From Pseudomonadota bacterium (GTDB lineage Bacteria > Bdellovibrionota > FAC87 > UBA2466): a stretch of DNA of 64,000 nucleotides. The notes under the pieces are model-generated. The model had not been told where the DNA came from. It saw nothing but the letters and a program-made list of their open reading frames with translations, and made no database searches. Positions within the stretch are counted from its first letter, which is position 1; the number at the start of each line of letters is the position of its first letter. The position numbers and the translations under genes were made by a program. Where the stretch lies: positions 1-64,000 of the forward strand of contig JAYUGC010000087.1 in NCBI GenBank assembly GCA_043767805.1, read 5' to 3'. Shown here in pieces: positions 27,877 through 38,600 of the stretch.

Positions 27877-28812
27877 TCGGACCTTTGCCGTCGTGGCGGG
27901 CGTCGGAGGCGCGACCTTTCCCGCCTTCTTTTCCCCTTCCTTAGGGAGACTCTTTTCGCCTTTTTCTTTACCTTCGGCGCTGTAGTGCTCGATGAGAGCG
28001 TTGATCTCCGAGCCAAGCAGCAAGACGATGCCGCCTATGTAGAGCCAAAGCATGAGACCGATGACCGCGCCGATACTCCCGTAGGTCGCCGAGAAATTGC
28101 TGAAGTTGGAAACGTAAACTTTGTAACCGAGGCAGGCGAGAATCATGATGAAGGTGCCGAAGATGCTGCCGGGAGTGATGTACTTGAATTTTTGCTCCAC
28201 ATCGGGACCGAAGTAATAAGCGACGGCGTAGGCGAGTAAAATAGCCCCGACGATGATGACCCATTTTCCAATGGGAATGAGCGTGACCAGGGAAGGACTC
28301 GACCAAAGCGTCCGCGCGAGCCAGGGATGGAGCACTTCTCCCAGGACGACCAGGAGAAACGCCAAAATCATTAAAATGCCGAGCCCGATGGTGAGCGCGA
28401 CCGCAACCCCTCGAGCTTTAAAGAAGGAGCGGCTCTCGACCACGTCGTAAGTGACGTTGAGCTCGTCCATGACGGCTTTGGTCCCGCTCGACGCCGCCCA
28501 AAGGGTCGCTAGAAAACCGAAAGACAAAAGGCCTTCTCGAGGTTTCGAGGTGATCTCGGTGACGACGTTCTTGACGAGGTCGGCGGTATCGCCCGGCAAA
28601 GCTTGGCGGAGCGTGTCCATGATGGCCTGATCGAGATGCGGGACCGGCAAGAAGGGAAGCAGACTCAGTACGAAGATGAGCGCCGGAAAGATCGCAAGCG
28701 TCAGGAAGTAGGCGAGGGCCGCCGCTCCCGTGAGTACGCGGTCTTCGTTAATTTCCCGCCAGAGGTCCTTAAAGAATTGTTTTGCGGTGAGCCCTTTAGG
28801 AAAAATTCGCAT
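27847..28812 (-). CDS. YihY/virulence factor BrkB family membrane protein
   Basis: AAALAYF..LAIFP, LWAASSG, TYGSIGAVIGLMLWLY, GSEINA. Confidence 0.92.
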   Translation of the reverse strand: MRIFPKGLTAKQFFKDLWREINEDRVLTGAAALAYFLTLAIFPALIFVLSLLPFLPVPHLDQAIMDTLRQALPGDTADLVKNVVTEITSKPREGLLSFGFLATLWAASSGTKAVMDELNVTYDVVESRSFFKARGVAVALTIGLGILMILAFLLVVLGEVLHPWLARTLWSSPSLVTLIPIGKWVIIVGAILLAYAVAYYFGPDVEQKFKYITPGSIFGTFIMILACLGYKVYVSNFSNFSATYGSIGAVIGLMLWLYIGGIVLLLGSEINALIEHYSAEGKEKGEKSLPKEGEKKAGKVAPPTPATTAKVRSTGQLEAVS

Positions 28813-28855
28813 GAAAGAAGCCAATGCAAATCACGTTCCTACTTTGACGAGCTCT

Positions 28856-31800
28856 TCAGAGTGTCGGGGAGTAAAGGCCATGAGTCGTGGGATAGGTGAA
28901 CAAGTCGGCCCCTCCCCACAAAATCATTTCGGACCCCGTCCATAGTAGGGCCGGCAGCGTGCGTTTCGTGGGAGCATGCGTTCCCGTAACCGTTGCCCAG
29001 GTGTCTAGGTCGGGATTGTAAATGGCTCCGGAGTCCGTCGTAGCACTGGTGTTTCTTCCCGACATGACGATCATGCGGTTACCAATCCAGACCGCGCTGT
29101 GATTTGTCCTCGCACTAGGAGCCGGGCCGGAAACGGACGTGGCAGTCCAAGTGCCGGAGCCGAGATCGTACTGAGCGCCCGTGTTGGTCGCCCCGCCCGA
29201 AGTCGTGCCACCCCAGATAATCATTTTCGATCCCGTCCAAACGGCGGTGTGCTCACGGCGCGCGACGGGAGGGGTTCCAAGGCTTGGAAGGGGAGCCCAA
29301 ATATTGGTTTGGGGATTGTAGCTCATGCCATCTCCCGCCTGGCCACCCAAATCCTGGCCTCCCCAGATGATCATTTTCGACCCTGTCCAAACCGCCGTGT
29401 GTCTCTTCCGAGCCGTCAAGCCGCTCGAGGGAAGCGCCGTCCAGGTGTTGCCGGCGGGATCGTAGCTGGCTCCATCGCTTAAATAGCCGGCGTTGCCCGA
29501 GCCCCCCCAAATAATCATTTTCGATCCCGTCCAGATCGTCGAGTGCTCAAAGCGCCCCGCGGGTTGGTTCGTGGTACTGATATTGGTCCACGTGTTTGAC
29601 GGAGGGCCGGTGAAGCTTGCGCCGTCCGCCAATCCAAAAGGCGCGCCGCCCCAGACGATCATCTTGTTGCCGGTCCACACGGCTGAGTGCCCCAAACGCG
29701 CGGAAGGAGAGCGGGTTGCTCCGCTCGCGGGAATGGCGGCCCAGGTATTGTCGGCGGGGTTGAATTGCCCACCGGTGTCCTGCATCAAGCTGCCTATTTT
29801 CCCTCCCCACACCAGCATGTCGGTTCCCGTCCACACGGCTGAGAACCCCTCTCGTCCAGAGGGAGCCGAGACGTCCGCCGACACCGCACGCCAAGCGTTT
29901 CCGGTTCCGAAGAGAAAGCCGTTAAAGAGGGTGTAGGATTGCGAGTCGGGGTTCGTCACTTTCACTTCCGCTTGACCCTGAGGGAGGTTCGGGACACAGG
30001 TGAGTTGTGCCGCGTTCACGTACGGGCTCGGGCACGAAGTTCCTCGGAAGCGCAAGGTGGTGGTGGGCGTGAAGCCGGATCCATTTACGGCAACGGAACT
30101 GAAGTTGGGAACGCCGACGGACGAAGGAGCGACCGAGGTAATCGCCGGGCCAACATTGTAGGTGTAAACGTTAAGCTCCGTGTCGCTTTGACCGTCGTCA
30201 TTGCTGACCGACACGTTCACGAGGCCCCCAGCGTGCGCGGGCGTCTTGCAACTGATTTGCGTGGCGCTGTTGACGCCCACGTCGGTGCAGCTCGCCCCGC
30301 CCAAGGTGACTGTGAGACCGGCAAGAAAGCCACTGCCGTTAATAAGGACGGTGGTCCCGCCCGAGGCAGGACCGGCGGCGGGAGAGAGGGGGCCACTGTT
30401 TACGTCGGGTGGATCTTGGTACGTGTACCCTCCTACTTTGGTATCGGAAGTAGTATCGATATTATCCACCTTGACGTCGACGGATCCCGTTAAGGCGCGA
30501 GAGGGCACGGAGCAGGTGATTTGAGTGCTGCCGCTGAGGACAACGGAGGTACACGGCATGGAGTCGATCGTCACTGTACTGGAGCTGAAGCCCGTACCCG
30601 CAATCGTCACTGTATTTCCCCCGATGATATTGCCTCCCTTCGGACTTAGGGAGGTGATCGCGGGGCCCGTTTGGTAAGTGTACAAGCTGGGCTGCGAGCC
30701 GGATTGTCCGTCCAAGTTAATGACTGTGACAGTCTGAAAAAAAGCGTTGGCGTGACTTCCGGTGAGAGCGTGAAGTTCCGTGCTTGAGACGACCTGTTCC
30801 GAGCTGCAAGGGGATCCGCCGATGGAGCACGTCGCCCCGGTCTTAAATCCCGTGCCGGTAATGGTCACCGGGGTTCCCCCTCCGGCTCCCCCCGCGGTCG
30901 GGGCGATGCCAGCGACCGTCGGAGCGGATTGAAAGGTATAGGCGCTCCCTAAAGTTCCTTGCTGAAGGTCGGGGTTGATCGCCACGACGGCAACGCTCCC
31001 GGCGGCGTGAAGAGGAGTCTGACACGTAAACGAGCTTGAACTTACGAACACGGGACTGAGGCAAAGGTCTACCCCAAATTTAATGACAGTCGAGGCGGAG
31101 TGAAAGCCGGACCCGGTAATCGTAACCGGAGTGCCTCCCGCAAGCGCGCCTTGATTCGGGGTGACGCCGGTCACGGCGGGAGCCCGGACATGGGTGAAGC
31201 CGCCGCTGAGAGTGGCCTGCTGAGTATCAGGGTTGGTTAACACCACGTCCGCCACGAGGTAGGGCACGGTATTTGAACCCGTCACGCAATGGACCTCGGT
31301 GGAAGAGGCGAAGACGAGATTTGAGCAAATGGCCGGACCCAACGCTATAGTGGCGTCCGAGTGAAAATTCGTTCCCCTGAGAGTAACCGGGGTACCTCCG
31401 GCGAGAGGCCCAGTATTGGGACTTATCGAGCCCAGGGTGGGAGGCGGTAAGGCCGAGGAACCCGTGCAAGCGACCACGGCATCTTTTGCAGCGGCTGCCG
31501 AGTAGACAGGCTTGAGCTCGATGGTTTTGGTGTCCCAAAGATCGGTCACCGCCACCCCAACCTCATAAAGCGCGGGCTTCTGATCCCTAAAAAGTTCCGC
31601 GAGCGTGGTCTTGCCGGTGCACGTCCCCGTCGCCCGGGAGACGACGCCGAGCACTTGAATTTTTCGCTTCGGCCCCGCGGGAACGGACAATTTAATTTCC
31701 ACTTCGGTTCGAGTGCCTAGCTGGACGAGCTCGGACGTCACGCCAAGCTTCATGCATTTCATGTCTGCTTTGGTCACCGAGTCGTAGGTGACTTTGGGAA

Positions 31801-32014
31801 CGATGTCTTCGGCCGAGATATTGACGACGAGGCAATCCATGTCCGCCACGGTGGCCGGAGGGTTATCACCGCGGACGGCGCGAAACACCTTCGCCTTCTG
31901 CGGAAGGCTGAGCTTCAAGCGCACGAGCGAGGACTGTGGGCGGTAGGTGCACGCAAAAAGCACGAGCACCAGCGCGGCAAGACTAAGAAGGGCTCTTGTG
32001 CGCAAAGTAAGCAT
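28856..32014 (-). CDS. Surface lipoprotein with about five IPT/TIG domains and C-terminal Kelch-type propeller
   Basis: LFAC lipobox; repeated P..GGT.VTI.G.GF units; repeated H(S/T)AVWTG.KMIIWGG units. Confidence 0.85.
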   Translation of the reverse strand: MLTLRTRALLSLAALVLVLFACTYRPQSSLVRLKLSLPQKAKVFRAVRGDNPPATVADMDCLVVNISAEDIVPKVTYDSVTKADMKCMKLGVTSELVQLGTRTEVEIKLSVPAGPKRKIQVLGVVSRATGTCTGKTTLAELFRDQKPALYEVGVAVTDLWDTKTIELKPVYSAAAAKDAVVACTGSSALPPPTLGSISPNTGPLAGGTPVTLRGTNFHSDATIALGPAICSNLVFASSTEVHCVTGSNTVPYLVADVVLTNPDTQQATLSGGFTHVRAPAVTGVTPNQGALAGGTPVTITGSGFHSASTVIKFGVDLCLSPVFVSSSSFTCQTPLHAAGSVAVVAINPDLQQGTLGSAYTFQSAPTVAGIAPTAGGAGGGTPVTITGTGFKTGATCSIGGSPCSSEQVVSSTELHALTGSHANAFFQTVTVINLDGQSGSQPSLYTYQTGPAITSLSPKGGNIIGGNTVTIAGTGFSSSTVTIDSMPCTSVVLSGSTQITCSVPSRALTGSVDVKVDNIDTTSDTKVGGYTYQDPPDVNSGPLSPAAGPASGGTTVLINGSGFLAGLTVTLGGASCTDVGVNSATQISCKTPAHAGGLVNVSVSNDDGQSDTELNVYTYNVGPAITSVAPSSVGVPNFSSVAVNGSGFTPTTTLRFRGTSCPSPYVNAAQLTCVPNLPQGQAEVKVTNPDSQSYTLFNGFLFGTGNAWRAVSADVSAPSGREGFSAVWTGTDMLVWGGKIGSLMQDTGGQFNPADNTWAAIPASGATRSPSARLGHSAVWTGNKMIVWGGAPFGLADGASFTGPPSNTWTNISTTNQPAGRFEHSTIWTGSKMIIWGGSGNAGYLSDGASYDPAGNTWTALPSSGLTARKRHTAVWTGSKMIIWGGQDLGGQAGDGMSYNPQTNIWAPLPSLGTPPVARREHTAVWTGSKMIIWGGTTSGGATNTGAQYDLGSGTWTATSVSGPAPSARTNHSAVWIGNRMIVMSGRNTSATTDSGAIYNPDLDTWATVTGTHAPTKRTLPALLWTGSEMILWGGADLFTYPTTHGLYSPTL

Positions 32015-32212
32015 CGAAAAAGGGACGCGGGCTGTTGAATGATTCCCCGTCATTTAACCGCTTGCCGGGCCAAAAGTAAAACGAGTGGCGTGCCGTCTTT
32101 GGCGCTCCGGGACAAGAATTGTCACCGCTCTTGCAGAGCCGGTCCTGGCTCGTGAGCGTGGGACGACTGGACTTGGTTTTGCACAAGTCCCCTCCTGGAG
32201 AGGTAGGGTCTC

Positions 32213-32698
32213 GTGGTCCGTAGAGTCACATTCTGGTTCGCGCTGATGTGTCTTGCGGCCTGCGGCCGCGGCGAGCAAAATGCCCAGCGCCCCCACGGCA
32301 CTTCCGACGATGGGATGCTTTCCCTCGTGAATGAAGCCCGCGCTCAAGGCGCCTATTGCGGTTCCGTCTATTATGAGCCCACCACCGCTTTGAGCTGGAG
32401 CGACACCCTCGGGTCCGCGGCCAAGGAGCACGCCGACGACATGTACGATCAGCGCTATTTCGATCACACGGGCCTCGACGGCAGCAAGGTCGGAGATCGG
32501 GTGACCGCTCAAGGCTATACGTGGAATCGGGTAGGGGAGAACATCGCCCGCGGGCAGACCTCACTGGCCAGCGTGATGGCCGATTGGCTGGAGAGTGAAG
32601 GCCATTGCAAGAATCTGATGAACCCCGGCTTTACCCAGATAGGCGCTTCTCAGGCTGGAAATTACTGGGTTCAGGTCTTCGCCCACCCCTCTCGCTAA
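32213..32698 (+). CDS. CAP/SCP domain lipoprotein
   Basis: LAAC lipobox; VNEAR, HADDM, GENIA, WLESEGHCKNLM, YWVQVF. Confidence 0.92.
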   Translation: MVRRVTFWFALMCLAACGRGEQNAQRPHGTSDDGMLSLVNEARAQGAYCGSVYYEPTTALSWSDTLGSAAKEHADDMYDQRYFDHTGLDGSKVGDRVTAQGYTWNRVGENIARGQTSLASVMADWLESEGHCKNLMNPGFTQIGASQAGNYWVQVFAHPSR

Positions 32699-32715
32699 CT
32701 GCGACCCCAAGGGAA

Positions 32716-32744
32716 TTGAACCGGATCGTCGACTTGTATATAGT
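32716..32744 (+). promoter_or_regulatory. Sigma70-type promoter of the helicase gene
   Basis: TTGAAC-17 nt-TATAGT, 45 nt upstream of the ATG. Confidence 0.6.
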
Positions 32745-32789
32745 GCCCGCTCTTTCGAGCCTTCATCCCTTACTTTCGGGGTCCCACGC

Positions 32790-34466
32790 ATGGATAGTTT
32801 CGCCGAACTCAAGCTCAGCCCAGAGATGACTCAATCCCTTACGGAGATGGGCTTCACCGCTCCGACCCCCATTCAGGCTCAAGCGTTGCCGCTCTTGTTC
32901 GAGGGACCAACGGACTTCTTAGGAATGGCCGCCACCGGCACCGGTAAAACGGCCGCGTTCGGCATTCCGCTGCTCGAAGGCATCGATGCTTCGAAGCGAG
33001 TCCTCCAAGGCATCGTGCTCTGCCCCACTCGTGAGCTCGCCGTTCAGACCTGCGAGCAAATCAATCTGCTCGGCAAGCACAAGCGCATTCAGGCGCTCGC
33101 CGTTTACGGCGGTACGGGATTCGTCGACCAGAACCGGGCGCTCCACCGCGGTGTCCATGTCGTCGTAGCGACCCCAGGCCGGCTTATCGATCATTTGAAG
33201 CAAAAGAGCTTGAAGCTCGAGAACGTGAAGACCGTCGTCTTGGACGAAGCGGACGAGATGATTTCCATGGGCTTCAAGGAAGAGCTCGAGTACCTGCTCT
33301 CGCACCTACCTCCCGGCGAAGCGCACACCTGGCTTTTTGCCGCGACCATGAGCCCCGAGCTCCGTCGCGTCGCCGATAAATATCTGCGCATGCCGAAGAT
33401 CGCTCAAGTCAACCGGACCGAGATGCTTTCCGGAACCGTGAAGCAGATCTATTACACCGTGCGGGACAAGAATAAGCCGAAGGCCTTGTGCCGGTTGCTC
33501 GACGTCGCCGACGATTTTTACGGGCTCATTTTCTGCCAGACCAAAGTTCAGGTCACCGGATTGACCGAGCACCTGCGCGCGCGGGGCTACGCCGTCGATT
33601 CTTTGCACGGCGATAAGAACCAATCCGAGCGCGAGCGCACCTTGGCCGCTTTCAAGGCAAAGACTGCTAAGGTCCTCGTTTGCTCCGACGTCGCGGCTCG
33701 CGGCCTCGACGTGAAAGAGCTTACCCACGTCATCAACTACTCTTTGCCCATCGATCTCGATTCCTACGTGCATCGCATCGGCCGCACCGGTCGAAGCGGC
33801 AAGCTGGGACTCGCCATGAGTCTCGTCGCGCCCGTGCAGCTGGGCCTTCTCGATCGCATTCAGCGTCGTACGAAGGTGCAGATGGAAGCGGGCGTCTTGC
33901 CCACGCAGGAAGATATTATCGCGAAACGGCTCTCGGCGCTTCTGCCGAAGCTCGCCTCAACCAAGTCTCACGAGGCGGCGAGAAAAATTCTCGACGCGAG
34001 CTGGACCGAAACTTTGGAAAAAATGTCCAAGACGGAAATCGCCGAGCGGATGCTCGTGCTTGCCATGCCTCATCTCTTCGACGAGCGCGAAAAGGCGGAA
34101 GAGCTCGACGTCGAGGAAGAACGCCGCAACCGGCCCCGCTATGACCGGCCTTTCCGGCCTAGCCCTCGTTTCGATCGCAGAGACGACCGCGGGGAAGCTC
34201 CGCGCTCTTTCGATCGCGGCCCGGCTCCCCGTTCCTTCGATCGCCGGGACGACCGCGGTGACCGAGGCGGATTCCGCCGGGACGACCGGGGACCCCGTCC
34301 GGATTTCCGGCGTGACGATCGCGGACCGCGCCCAGACTTTCGCCCTCAGCGTCCGGCCGGCGCGCCGTTAGTGTTCACGCCGCCGAAGCAGCACGTAGCG
34401 CCTCCGCCTCCGAGCAAGGTCTACGGAAAGAAGAAGCAAAAGGAAGACAGCGCTCCGCAGGCGTAG
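32790..34466 (+). CDS. DEAD-box RNA helicase (DeaD/CshA-like)
   Basis: PTPIQ, TGTGKT, PTRELA, TPGR, DEAD, ARGLD, HRIGRTGR. Confidence 0.95.
   Translation: MDSFAELKLSPEMTQSLTEMGFTAPTPIQAQALPLLFEGPTDFLGMAATGTGKTAAFGIPLLEGIDASKRVLQGIVLCPTRELAVQTCEQINLLGKHKRIQALAVYGGTGFVDQNRALHRGVHVVVATPGRLIDHLKQKSLKLENVKTVVLDEADEMISMGFKEELEYLLSHLPPGEAHTWLFAATMSPELRRVADKYLRMPKIAQVNRTEMLSGTVKQIYYTVRDKNKPKALCRLLDVADDFYGLIFCQTKVQVTGLTEHLRARGYAVDSLHGDKNQSERERTLAAFKAKTAKVLVCSDVAARGLDVKELTHVINYSLPIDLDSYVHRIGRTGRSGKLGLAMSLVAPVQLGLLDRIQRRTKVQMEAGVLPTQEDIIAKRLSALLPKLASTKSHEAARKILDASWTETLEKMSKTEIAERMLVLAMPHLFDEREKAEELDVEEERRNRPRYDRPFRPSPRFDRRDDRGEAPRSFDRGPAPRSFDRRDDRGDRGGFRRDDRGPRPDFRRDDRGPRPDFRPQRPAGAPLVFTPPKQHVAPPPPSKVYGKKKQKEDSAPQA
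34167..34346 (+). repeat. Coding low-complexity repeats (RRDDRG / PRSFDR / PRPDFR)
   Basis: Tandem imperfect peptide repeats in the helicase C-terminal tail. Confidence 0.8.
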
Positions 34467-34512
34467 GGTCGGTGTTAGGGTTCCGACGGTGCGCGGCCGC
34501 GCAAGGACAGCC

Positions 34513-35628
<1,116 letters not shown>

Positions 35629-35665
35629 CTATACCTGGTTCGGCGCTTCTAAGGTGGGTTATCGC

Positions 35666-38600
35666 CTAAACCCTGACGCGCACGGTGTGCTCGCGGCCGT
35701 CGGCGACAAGAGGAATCTCATCCGAAGGCAGCGCCTTTCCGTCTAACTCCACGAGCGGCGGGGATGCGGCATCGAGGCCCTCGTCTTTTTCGACGAAAAT
35801 GCGGTACTTGGTCGCGCCCCGGCGGTAGGTGATCTCGAAGTGCCGCCAAAGGGTCGGCAGGCAGGGGTGGAGCCGAAGCTTGTCGCCCCGAAGCTCGAAG
35901 CCCAAAATGCTTTCCAGCGCCGCGCGGTAGAGCCAGCTCGCCGAGCCCGTGTACCAAGTCCAGCCGCCACGGCCCACGTGTGGCCAAAGCCCGTACACAT
36001 CCGCCGCGGCCACGTAAGGCTCGACCTTGTACTTGTGTAGGCCCGCGCGGGTGGACGAGTGATTGATGGGGTTGATGAGCGCGTAAAGTTCGCCGGCCTT
36101 ATCTCCGTCCCCAAGTGCCGCGAAAGCCATCAGCGTCCAGATCGCGGCGTGCGTGTATTGGCCGCCGTTCTCGCGAACTCCCGGCACGTAGCCTTTGATG
36201 TACCCTGGATCGAGGGGACTCGTATCGAAAGGAGGCGTGAAGAGCTTCACTAAACCATCGCCTCGGTGGACCAAGTATTCGTCGACGGCCGCCATCGCGC
36301 GCGCGGTTCTTTGCGGGTTGCCGGCTCCCGAGAGTACGGCCCACGACTGAGCGATGGAGTCGATCTTACATTCCTCATTCGCGGCGGAGCCGAGCACCGC
36401 GCCGTCGTCGAAAAAGGCGCGCTTGTACCAGTTGCCGTCCCAGCCACTCAACTCGATGGCGGCGCGCAAATCTTCCATGTGCCGGCGGTAGGCCGTCGAG
36501 CGAGCCGTGTCGTTCGCGGCGTCGCAGAACGGGATGAACTCTTTGAGCGCGGTGAAGAGGAACCAGCCGACCCAAACGCTCTCGCCCTGGCCTTGGTGGC
36601 CGACGCGGTTCATGCCGTCGTTCCAGTCGCCCGAGCCCATGAGTGGCAGGCCGTGCGCGCCGACTTTCAAGCTGCGATCGAGACTGCGCGCGCAATGCTC
36701 GAGAATCGTGCCCTTCTCCGCGGAGACTTGCGGTTGCAGGTAAGAGTCTTCCTGGCCGGGAGCGAGGGGCTCGGCGTCGAGGAAAGGGACGACCTCCTCC
36801 AAGAGGGAACGATCGCCCGTGACGTTCACGTAGAAACTTACGACGTAAGGAAGCCACAACAAATCGTCGGAAAAGTGAGTGCGCACGCCGCGGCCGGTGG
36901 GCGGATGCCACCAATGCTGAACGTCGCCTTCTTTAAATTGGCGGGCCGCCGCTCTGAGGATCTGCTCGCGGGCGAGGTTCGGCCGGGAATAGATGAGCGC
37001 CATGACGTCTTGGAGCTGATCGCGGAACCCGTAGGCGCCTCCCGACTGATAGAACGCCGAGCGCGCCCAAAGCCGGCAGACCAAGGTCTGGTAAAGCAGC
37101 CATCGGTTCATGATGGTGTTCATGGCGAGATCCGGCGTATGGATCTCGATGGTGCTCAAAGTCTCTTCCCAGTACTCGAGAACGACGTCCAGGGCATCGG
37201 CGACCGCCGCTTTGTCCCGGTACTTCGTGAGGAGCGCGCGCGCTCCTTCCGCGCTCGCCGCTTCGCCGAGAAGGATCACGATTTCTTTTTCCTCGCCGGG
37301 AGCTAGGTCGAAGTGCGTTTGAAAAGCCGCGCAAGGATCGAGGCCCGCCCCGAAAAGACCGGAGAGTCCCACGCGCTTTAGCGCCGCGGGCTTGGCGGGG
37401 CTGCGGTTTCTGCCCATGAAAACTTTGCGATCGCAGGTGAAGCTTCGATCTTTCTCGCTGATGTCGGCGAAAGCGACGCGGCTCGCGAACTCATTGTTGT
37501 AAGGATTCCTCGCGAAGATCGCGCTCGTCGCGGGGTCGATTTCCGTGACGACGAAAGGCGCCGAGCTTCCGCGTTGCGTGCCGAGTACCCATTCCGCGTA
37601 ACTCGTGACCGAGAGCTTCCGGTCGTGCTCGGAAAGGTTTTTCAGCCGGAGGTGGCTGATTTTCACCGTCGAGTCGAGGGGTACGAAGACACGAAGGTGC
37701 TGAGATATGCCGTGGCTGACGTGCTCGTACTCCGTGTATCCTTGGCCGTGCCGGATGACGTAGGTTTCCGGCTCGCGCACCGGCAGAGGCGTCGGCGTCC
37801 AGAATTTCCCGGTTTCCTCGTCGCGGATGTAAATCGCTTCTCCCGGCGGATCGCTCACGGCGTCGTTCGACCAGGGTGTCAGCCGGTTTTCACGGCTATT
37901 GACCGACCACGTGAATCCGGACCCGCTCTCGGAGGCGAGAAAGCCAAAATCTTTTTCATTGGCGATGACGTTGATCCAGGGAGCCGGCGTCCATTGGCCC
38001 GCTTTCAGGATGGTCACGTACTGGCGCCCGCCCGCGGTAAATCCGCCGAGCCCGTTAAAGAACTCGAGCTCCGGCAGGGGCGGGGAAAGCTCGGGGTAAG
38101 CGCGGCCCGAGGTTCTGGGGGGCGCGCGATCGGGCAAAAGATTTTCCACCGGCCGGCGCTTTACCTGTTCGTCCAAGGTGCCTTTGCCCGCGCTCAAATT
38201 CACGCGCGCGACGGTCTGGAGCAGGATGACGTCTTCTTCGGGCATGATGTCGGTGCGGCGGATATAAACGCCACCCGGTTTATCGAGAAGCGTCTGGGCT
38301 CCGGACATGCGAATTTGCCGCTGCAGCTCTTCCTGCAGTTCTTGCAGGTAACTCACGGGACGCTCATTCAAGATGACGAGATCCATCTCGAGACCTTTGA
38401 GCCGGAGGTACTCGTGGCCGTGGAGGAGCTGGCGTACCATCGCCATGTCTTTCTCCTCGCTGATGCGAGTGAGCACGATGGGTAAGTCGCCGCTGATGCC
38501 GTAGCGCCATAGGCTCGATTGTGCTTTCGTATTGCGGGCGAGCGAATGGGACCGAGGCCTTAGGGAAGGATCGGAGTAGATGATGCGGCCCGCGAGGCGC

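Noticed and set aside
29000..29900. Periodic DNA repeats (e.g. ATCATTTTCGA.CC.GTCCA) resembling an array
   Set aside because: They encode the Kelch WTGSKMIIWGG units; degenerate at third positions, not CRISPR
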